DNA of 62,580 bases from a virus (taxonomy: Duplodnaviria > Caudoviricetes). Location of the stretch: positions 1-62,580 of the IMG/VR virus record IMGVR_UViG_3300025759_000093; one strand, written 5' to 3'. Shown piece by piece: positions 56,890 through 62,580 of this stretch. Under the pieces are notes generated by a model that did no database searches, had not been told where the DNA came from, and saw only the letters and a list, made by a program, of their open reading frames with translations. The translations under genes and the position numbers were made by a program. Each line of letters begins with the position of its first letter. Within the stretch, counting starts at the first letter, position 1.

Positions 56890-56910
56890 ATACGAACACT
56901 AAAGGATAAT
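56880..56910 (+). promoter_or_regulatory. Class I (early) promoter motif
   Basis: TACAAACTAAATACGA-N8-GGATAAT-N6-ATG (ATG at 56917). Confidence 0.8.
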
Positions 56911-56916
56911 ATAAAC

Positions 56917-57138
56917 ATGTTATACGATAAATTAAAACCACATATCAAAGCCAAGATGAAAGAAAATGCTGAAGAGTATGAATCTGTAAATTGGCTACTT
57001 GATAAACTTAAAAACAAAGACCATTACTCTGACTTAACTATTGAGCAGATAAGATCTATTTGTACATTTGGCGATGTATGGTATTACGATCTTACGCAAA
57101 AAGAGTTAATATGGGGTGATTGGCTAATAAAACAATAA
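56917..57138 (+). CDS. Early hypothetical protein
   Basis: 73 aa, predicted leaderless. Confidence 0.65.
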   Translation: MLYDKLKPHIKAKMKENAEEYESVNWLLDKLKNKDHYSDLTIEQIRSICTFGDVWYYDLTQKELIWGDWLIKQ

Positions 57139-57140
57139 AT

Positions 57141-57491
57141 ATGAACGAAGAACAACTAGCTTTAGATACATTAAAAGCACTAGGTGCTAAAGATACATCA
57201 AGTCCATCTCAAATAAAAAGAGGTACAACTTGCTTTACATTACCGACAGGTGACTGCATATCTGAACATAAAACAGGTTATATTAGAAAAAATATACTAA
57301 ACAAAAATGGTAGTATTTACACCTGTTATCAGCTAAATCCACAATATAAATCCTCTCACAAAGTTATTTCATGGAATGGAAAACTATATGAGTTCGATAC
57401 AAACAAAAGAATGCTGATAAACAATAGAGCTGAAAGGCTAAAAAGACTTGTATTATATACTATTAAGCAAATAAACAAAGCAAATGGATGA
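57141..57491 (+). CDS. Early hypothetical protein
   Basis: Start MNEEQ 2 nt after the upstream stop. Confidence 0.6.
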   Translation: MNEEQLALDTLKALGAKDTSSPSQIKRGTTCFTLPTGDCISEHKTGYIRKNILNKNGSIYTCYQLNPQYKSSHKVISWNGKLYEFDTNKRMLINNRAERLKRLVLYTIKQINKANG

Positions 57492-57578
57492 TGACAAGCG
57501 AGACTTAGCGTTAATACTGTTTGGATTAGCGCTAATACTTTACACAATTTTACTAACTACTAACTTAATTTAACAAAA

Positions 57579-58028
57579 ATGGAATCAAAAGAACCAACAA
57601 ACGAAAAAATAATAGAAGCCGTAAAAAGTTATTATGGCTTAAAAATAGATGAAAATGCTTACGATAATGCAGATATTTATGCTTATGAAGAAAACACTGT
57701 AGACGGTTACTCTGTATATGTAGTAGCTCACGACATGAGAAACGTAAGTATATGCGAAGATGTGTATTATTACGATAGTGATGTACCATCAGCTATTATG
57801 GAGATGATAAGATATTCAAATGGACATTGTACATTATATGCAGATGACTATTTTCTAGATGATATATACTTTGACGATATGTTACTAGAAGAATTTTCAG
57901 AAATAGCAGATAAGATATATGACGAAATTATGAATGAAGACAGTGATTATAACTTTGACATGGCAGAACTGCAATGGCTAAAGGAAGAATTTACTGAATC
58001 AGAAGAAATTAATCAGACTGTTAGTTAG
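57579..58028 (+). CDS. Early highly acidic protein (possible DNA mimic)
   Basis: 149 aa, very D/E/Y-rich. Confidence 0.65.
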   Translation: MESKEPTNEKIIEAVKSYYGLKIDENAYDNADIYAYEENTVDGYSVYVVAHDMRNVSICEDVYYYDSDVPSAIMEMIRYSNGHCTLYADDYFLDDIYFDDMLLEEFSEIADKIYDEIMNEDSDYNFDMAELQWLKEEFTESEEINQTVS

Positions 58029-58093
58029 TTAATAGTAGTTTAGTTTCCACGATAAACTGTCGTCTTAAACACTAAGGGAGTAGATATTAAGAC

Positions 58094-58136
58094 AGGTCAG
58101 CTCGTACTCAAAAGGTACGGGCTTTTCGTGGTATGA
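58094..58136 (+). promoter_or_regulatory. Conserved hairpin leader element, copy 2
   Basis: AGGTCA-GCTCGTAC-N7-GTACGGGC-TTTTCGTGGT-ATG. Confidence 0.7.
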
Positions 58137-58348
58137 ATACAATAAACATGATGAAAGCATTTATGTTACTAGGTGATCTAGATGCTACAAGCACAGAAAA
58201 GTTAAGCGATGCAAGAGTTGCTTACAAAGAAAGAATAGCTTTTGCTACAATGAGAGCTAGTATACCTGATTGGCAACCACCAAGCAACTGGAATAGTTTA
58301 ACTAACAAACAAAAACTAGACAGACTTGATAAGTTACAATCAGTATGA
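58133..58348 (+). CDS. Early hypothetical protein
   Basis: 71 aa with a P.NW.SL....KL.RLD C-terminus. Confidence 0.65.
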   Translation: MNTINMMKAFMLLGDLDATSTEKLSDARVAYKERIAFATMRASIPDWQPPSNWNSLTNKQKLDRLDKLQSV

Positions 58349-58959
58349 ACTATAAAATAGAAGAAAATATAATACCTTCTTGGGCTGTTAGCTATTTGCA
58401 AAAATACACTGAAGAAGCTATACGAAAAACTCAACCATATTTAGGCCAACCAAAAGAAAATGGATCTGGCGCTTATTGGGGTGGTATTGATATGGCTTCA
58501 AGTTTACCTATTGCAAGTGCTAATGAAAACGCTATGTTGTTTTCTGTATATACTTCTAACTTTATGTATGACTTAATTACTAAGTATATACCAAAGCCGT
58601 ACTTATTTAATGATCAAATAGTAGTGAAAAATAAAGATGTTAATATGCCTTTTCAACCTCACTATGACAATCAATATGGCCCTTTTCCTGATGACAAAAG
58701 CCTCTTAACTATAAATTGTATGTTAGTTTTAGATGATTTTACTGATGAAAACGGCACAATTGAAGTACTTGACAACAATAAATGGGTAAGTTTATACCCT
58801 AAAACAGGTGATATAGTATTAATAGAAGGTAACTGTGTACACAGATCTTCTCCTAATACAACAGATAAACCAAGAAGAGCATACTTATGTGTGTATTCTA
58901 ATAAATCAATAGGTAAAAACTTTCAAAAAGGTTTTTATTACGAAGCGTTTACAAACTAA
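58345..58959 (+). CDS. 2OG-Fe(II) dioxygenase, PhyH-like
   Basis: PHYD (HxD), LDDFT.ENG, GD and HRS.PN.TDKPRR motifs. Confidence 0.85.
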   Translation: MNYKIEENIIPSWAVSYLQKYTEEAIRKTQPYLGQPKENGSGAYWGGIDMASSLPIASANENAMLFSVYTSNFMYDLITKYIPKPYLFNDQIVVKNKDVNMPFQPHYDNQYGPFPDDKSLLTINCMLVLDDFTDENGTIEVLDNNKWVSLYPKTGDIVLIEGNCVHRSSPNTTDKPRRAYLCVYSNKSIGKNFQKGFYYEAFTN

Positions 58960-58980
58960 ATACGATAACTAACGGATAAT
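58950..58980 (+). promoter_or_regulatory. Class I (early) promoter motif
   Basis: TACAAACTAAATACGA-N8-GGATAAT-N6-ATG (ATG at 58987). Confidence 0.8.
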
Positions 58981-58986
58981 ATTAAT

Positions 58987-59304
58987 ATGAAAGAAGATGC
59001 AATCGAAAAATTAGCTCAACTATTATTTGATAAAATAATGGAAAAGCAAGAAGATGCTGATGCAGAATATGCAGAGCAAATACAAAAACTAGTTAGTCAA
59101 GGCTATACTATATCTGATATTACAAGTAATAAAACAGATGAGTTAGGTTTAAACGCTGAAGAAAGACTAGTAGGCGAACTAGCTAGACTGCAAACAATCA
59201 TGATGATCTTTGAAGACAAAGAAGAATATGAAAAAGCAGCAATGATACAAAAGAAAATAGAAAAAATAAATTTTAAATTAAATCATGGAAGTGGAAAATA
59301 TTAA
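58987..59304 (+). CDS. UVR (UvrB/UvrC)-motif protein
   Basis: C-terminal EDKEEYEKAAMIQKKIE. Confidence 0.65.
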   Translation: MKEDAIEKLAQLLFDKIMEKQEDADAEYAEQIQKLVSQGYTISDITSNKTDELGLNAEERLVGELARLQTIMMIFEDKEEYEKAAMIQKKIEKINFKLNHGSGKY

Positions 59305-60124
59305 AGCAATGCTTGCTCACAAATACAATGAGGACAAAGCAGATTACCCCGCATTCATACAACCAAAACTAGATGGCGTACGCTGTCTATTTACTGCCAA
59401 AGGCGCGTTCTCTCGTGCTAATAACCAGTTTATGAATGTAGAACACATTGAACAGGCTCTAAAGCCTTTCTTTGCAAAAAACCCTACAGCTGTGCTTGAT
59501 GGCGAGCTGTATAATCATGGGCTAAAAGATGACTTTGAAAAGATCATCTCACTAGTTAAAAAGAAAAAACCAACAGACGCTGACAAGGCAGAAGCTGCAG
59601 AACTAGTACAATACCATGTATATGATATAGCTAGTATGACAATAGGTACTTATAGCACTAGACTAAGTTACATTACTACAAACTTAACTTATACATATCC
59701 TATATGTAAAGTTGAAACTAAAGTTGTTATGGATTTTGACGAAGCATTATCTCTACACAAGAAAAACCTTAAACGAGGTTACGAAGGTAGTATATACAGA
59801 TCATTTGCAGGTAAGTACAAAGGTACTAGATCATGGGATCTTATGAAGTTTAAAGACTTTCACGATGCAGAAGCTACAATTATTGGCTATGAAATAGGTA
59901 AAGGTAAGCGTGAAGGTACACTAGGTAAGTTTATTATGCAAGATTATGAAGGTAATGAGTTTGGTTGTCCTCCAGGTAAAGGCTACAACTACAAAGACTT
60001 AGCTAATATGCTAGAAAATATACACGACTACATCGGTCAGTATGCTACATTTACATACTTTGAACGAACTAAAGCAGGTAGTTACAGACATCCACATTAT
60101 AAAGCAATAAGAAATTATGAATGA
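59285..60124 (+). CDS. ATP-dependent DNA ligase
   Basis: KLDGVR (motif I), LDGELY, YHVYDI, EGSIYR and MKFK motifs; OB domain. Confidence 0.92.
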   Translation: MEVENIKAMLAHKYNEDKADYPAFIQPKLDGVRCLFTAKGAFSRANNQFMNVEHIEQALKPFFAKNPTAVLDGELYNHGLKDDFEKIISLVKKKKPTDADKAEAAELVQYHVYDIASMTIGTYSTRLSYITTNLTYTYPICKVETKVVMDFDEALSLHKKNLKRGYEGSIYRSFAGKYKGTRSWDLMKFKDFHDAEATIIGYEIGKGKREGTLGKFIMQDYEGNEFGCPPGKGYNYKDLANMLENIHDYIGQYATFTYFERTKAGSYRHPHYKAIRNYE

Positions 60125-60287
60125 TTATAAAGCAACAGGTCTAGCTGAAGGCTGGATAAATACAAGCAATGAAGATGAAATAATCGAAGCTTGGCAATAC
60201 TTACACGATACTGGTCTTGCATATAAATTGCAAGGATGGTTTGGTAGAACTGCACAAAGTTTATTAGAAGCAGGGGAAATACAATGA
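60117..60287 (+). CDS. Small phage protein (56 aa), not in the ORF track
   Basis: MNDYKATGLAEG...WQYLHDTGLAYKLQGWFGRTAQSLLEAG. Confidence 0.65.
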   Translation: MNDYKATGLAEGWINTSNEDEIIEAWQYLHDTGLAYKLQGWFGRTAQSLLEAGEIQ

Positions 60288-60448
60288 GTGATCCAATAAG
60301 CTATATGCCTTGGCTTCTCAAGAAAGAGGAGCCTTGGGCTAGTGTAAACACAGGTTTTTACAAATGTGAAATGTGTGGTAATGATATTACAAAAGAAGAT
60401 TATGAATTCTGTGACATATGTCCAGACTGTTTAGACGAAGAAATATGA
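60284..60448 (+). CDS. Small zinc-finger protein (54 aa)
   Basis: CEMCG...FCDICPDC; ATGA-coupled. Confidence 0.6.
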   Translation: MSDPISYMPWLLKKEEPWASVNTGFYKCEMCGNDITKEDYEFCDICPDCLDEEI

Positions 60449-60570
60449 AAAAACTAATAATAACAATAGCAACTGGCTCATTATTAGCTAGTTGCGCTAG
60501 TACTAAATGTGTAGGTTCACTACATAAAACTAAATATAAACATAAACATACATGCGCAGCATTTAGATAA
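60445..60570 (+). CDS. Small lipoprotein (41 aa)
   Basis: MKKLIITIATGSLLASC lipobox. Confidence 0.6.
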   Translation: MKKLIITIATGSLLASCASTKCVGSLHKTKYKHKHTCAAFR

Positions 60571-60648
60571 TGAGAAAATTAATATGGCAATTATATAACG
60601 ACAATATGATAAGTATTGAAGTTGCTCACATGTTATTAGACAAACACT

Positions 60649-60831
60649 ATGAATAGTATGTGGGAAAACATAGCTAAAAAAAGACGATGCTTAAGCCACA
60701 AGTCTTATGTTAAAGCTACAATGGCTACAATACAGTGCGATATAGCTAAACATGCTATAAACACTGGAACAGTTGACTTTGAAAAACGTAAATTATTTTT
60801 AAAATATAAAAATTATTATGAAAAACTCTGA
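60649..60831 (+). CDS. Hypothetical protein
   Basis: 60-aa ORF. Confidence 0.5.
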   Translation: MNSMWENIAKKRRCLSHKSYVKATMATIQCDIAKHAINTGTVDFEKRKLFLKYKNYYEKL

Positions 60832-60926
60832 TTGGATAATATATTATTCGCAAAAATGGCTTGATGAAGAAATAAATTCAAGAGGTTTAAAAAACGAGCA
60901 TGAGCTATACTGGGCAACACTGCACA

Positions 60927-60970
60927 GTGACAATAGGCTTAAAGATACTAAAGTAAAGGGCTAATGTCAC
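60927..60970. repeat. Inverted-repeat operator/origin-like site, copy 2, overlapping the HTH gene start
   Basis: GTGACAATAG-N24-CTAATGTCAC; the ATG at 60964 lies in the right arm. Confidence 0.6.
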
Positions 60971-61584
60971 AACGCGCTATGACATATCTAAATAATAAGC
61001 GCATTGTATATCGTAGGTACTCGCCAGATGAGCCAACAACTAGTTACGACTGGGGTTGGTACTATGCTGACGGTACTTACGGCTATTACAGTTTGTTTAA
61101 CACAAAGGCAAAGATAAATACCTATAGATCCTTAAAATGGCATTTGTTAGTATTGTGGTATCTTAATCCTGACATGGATAAAACACAGTTTTCTGAACTA
61201 GCAAGTGTAATAACTCATAAACCTAATGGGTTTACTACATTTACATTATCGCCTAACATATTAAACAACATTATAAACGAAGTATATATACAAGATCTTG
61301 AACAACCACCAAAAAATAAACTACGTAAAATAGTATTTAAAGATGGTTCAGGTCTTAGTGTAAGTGAAAAATTAAGTATTGTTGGCTCAATAATAGGTAG
61401 AGGTAAATCAATACTACAACAAGATATTTACGAAGCTATGCTACAGGTGCATGATAACGGTGTTATCACTATACCTAAAATAGCAAAAGTTCTAGGTTGC
61501 ACACCAAGAACAATACATAGAAACATGGGTGAAGAACTCAAAAAAGAAAAACAAGAGTTAAATAACAAACATGAAAAAGTATAA
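60964..61584 (+). CDS. DNA-binding protein with C-terminal HTH (possible replication initiator or regulator)
   Basis: ITIPKIAKVLGCTPRTIHRNM HTH; central helical segment weakly reminiscent of PriCT-1. Confidence 0.65.
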   Translation: MSQRAMTYLNNKRIVYRRYSPDEPTTSYDWGWYYADGTYGYYSLFNTKAKINTYRSLKWHLLVLWYLNPDMDKTQFSELASVITHKPNGFTTFTLSPNILNNIINEVYIQDLEQPPKNKLRKIVFKDGSGLSVSEKLSIVGSIIGRGKSILQQDIYEAMLQVHDNGVITIPKIAKVLGCTPRTIHRNMGEELKKEKQELNNKHEKV

Positions 61585-62320
61585 TGTACAAAACTACATA
61601 AGGCTCAAAGAAGATATAAAGTTAGCTATGCCAGTTAATAAAGAATATTCTTTTTATACTCGTGACGAACTTATAATTAGATTTATGCCGCTTGTAGAAA
61701 ACATTTCAAAAAAGTTTGCTACATCTCAAGAAGCGTCAGGTGTTATGTCTATATTAGATATAATACAAGAAGGCTATGTTAATTTAATAAAAGCAGTAGA
61801 TAAAATAGACTGGGAAAAACTTATTGACTCTGATGATGTTGAATTAAGTTTGAAGTCTTTTTTATCTAAGCGAGTTAGAGGTGGCATACGTAGAGCTATT
61901 GATAAAAATAGAGGTACAATGCGTATACCTGAGCACAAGATGGAACAAATAAGAAAAGATGGAGGTAAAGATAAAAAAATGGTTGCTATGTTTTTTAATA
62001 GCATATTTTTAAGTATTGATGCTACACCATCTAATGAGGATATGGTTTATCAAATACCTGATAAATCAGATCCATACAATGAGCAATTGTTAAATGCTTA
62101 TTTATTAAGTTTATTAAACAAATATCTAACTGAAAACGAAGTTTTTGTATTAAGCAAGAGTTATGGTCTTGACGGCGATAAAATGTCAGCTAAGAAAATA
62201 GCTGAAGCTTTAGACATAAAAGGCGTGTCAGCTTACGTAAGAGTTTCTGAACTTAAAAAGCAAGCTGTACAAAAGCTAATTGACAACGTAGATCACTCGC
62301 AAGTGCTTGACTACCTGTAA
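61571..62320 (+). CDS. Phage sigma-70-family factor (group 3-like)
   Basis: Region 2: RDELI.RFMPLV..ISKKF...DIIQEG...LIKAVD...IRRAID. Region 4: LTENE..VL...YGL...SAKKIAE...RVSELKKQA..KL. Confidence 0.88.
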   Translation: MKKYNVQNYIRLKEDIKLAMPVNKEYSFYTRDELIIRFMPLVENISKKFATSQEASGVMSILDIIQEGYVNLIKAVDKIDWEKLIDSDDVELSLKSFLSKRVRGGIRRAIDKNRGTMRIPEHKMEQIRKDGGKDKKMVAMFFNSIFLSIDATPSNEDMVYQIPDKSDPYNEQLLNAYLLSLLNKYLTENEVFVLSKSYGLDGDKMSAKKIAEALDIKGVSAYVRVSELKKQAVQKLIDNVDHSQVLDYL

Positions 62321-62347
62321 ATTAATAAATAAATATGTGATTATAAT
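62317..62347 (+). promoter_or_regulatory. Class II promoter motif upstream of the ERF gene
   Basis: GTAAA-N15-GTGATTATAAT-agt-ATG. Confidence 0.65.
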
Positions 62348-62350
62348 AGT

Positions 62351-62580
62351 ATGACAATATACCAAAAATTATCCAAAATTCAACAAGAGTTTAAATCGAA
62401 GAAAAGTAGATACAACTCTTTCGGCAAGTATTATTTCCGATCTGCCGAAGACATCCTAGAAGCTACAAAACCCTTTTTAAAGGAGCTAAACGTAACAGTA
62501 ACAATACAAGAAGACTTAATTAGTTTTGAGCCTCCTGTATTAAAAGTTACAGCAACTGTAGCTGATGATAAAGACAGCTT
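62351..62580 (+). CDS. ERF-family ssDNA annealing protein (3' truncated)
   Basis: MTIYQKLSKIQQEFKSKKSRYNSFGKYYFRSAEDILEATKP. Confidence 0.8.
   Translation, partial: MTIYQKLSKIQQEFKSKKSRYNSFGKYYFRSAEDILEATKPFLKELNVTVTIQEDLISFEPPVLKVTATVADDKDS

Noticed and set aside
53039-58980. CRISPR array formed by the TACAAA...GGATAAT repeats
   Set aside because: Copies are degenerate, hundreds to thousands of bp apart and separated by genes; they behave as promoters.
60806-60840. Ninth class I promoter (TTATGA...TTGGATAAT)
   Set aside because: Upstream boxes are poorly matched and the spacing is wrong.
1-62580. Stop-codon reassignment as in some crAss-like phages
   Set aside because: Long conserved genes are intact under code 11, and TAG/TGA serve as normal stops.
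1-62580. Integrase, introns/inteins or transposons
   Set aside because: No such motifs seen; terminase, RNR and helicase are of ordinary length and uninterrupted.

Overview
A 62.6-kb, AT-rich piece of a lytic dsDNA bacteriophage genome with podovirus-like architecture. The host is most likely a marine Bacteroidota/Flavobacteriia bacterium, inferred from SD-less A-rich translation starts, GNVGIGT tail-fibre repeats and a crAss/phi38:1-like structural gene set; none of this was database-verified. There are three blocks. (1) 1-7218 (+): replication and nucleotide metabolism (primase-helicase, a thymidylate-synthase-family enzyme with a dCMP-type Asp, MazG-like proteins, endonuclease I-like nuclease, class II RNR). 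(2) 7297-52699 (-): late block (ejection proteins, tail, major capsid, scaffold, portal, terminase, lysis genes, GroEL/GroES, tail fibres, basic core proteins). (3) 53104-62580 (+): early block of many small ORFs plus a 2OG-Fe(II) dioxygenase, DNA ligase, HTH protein, sigma factor and ERF recombinase. The most striking observation is an apparent two-sigma transcription programme. The 2797-aa putative virion ejection protein contains an embedded sigma-70 region-2-like domain, next to a HExxH protease motif and a HAD phosphatase domain and bounded by repeated L-x-(F/A/Y)-S-K-G-like linkers. The genome also carries two distinct bipartite promoter-like families: TACAAAcTAAATACGA-N8-GGATAAT (8 copies, + strand, 5 of them predicting leaderless mRNAs) and sigma28-like GTAAA-N15/16-GTGAT (6 copies, late/middle). 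Other finds are structured RNA-like elements in the early region, a duplicated GTGACA...TGTCAC operator/origin-like site, and a possible -1 frameshift in an ejection protein.
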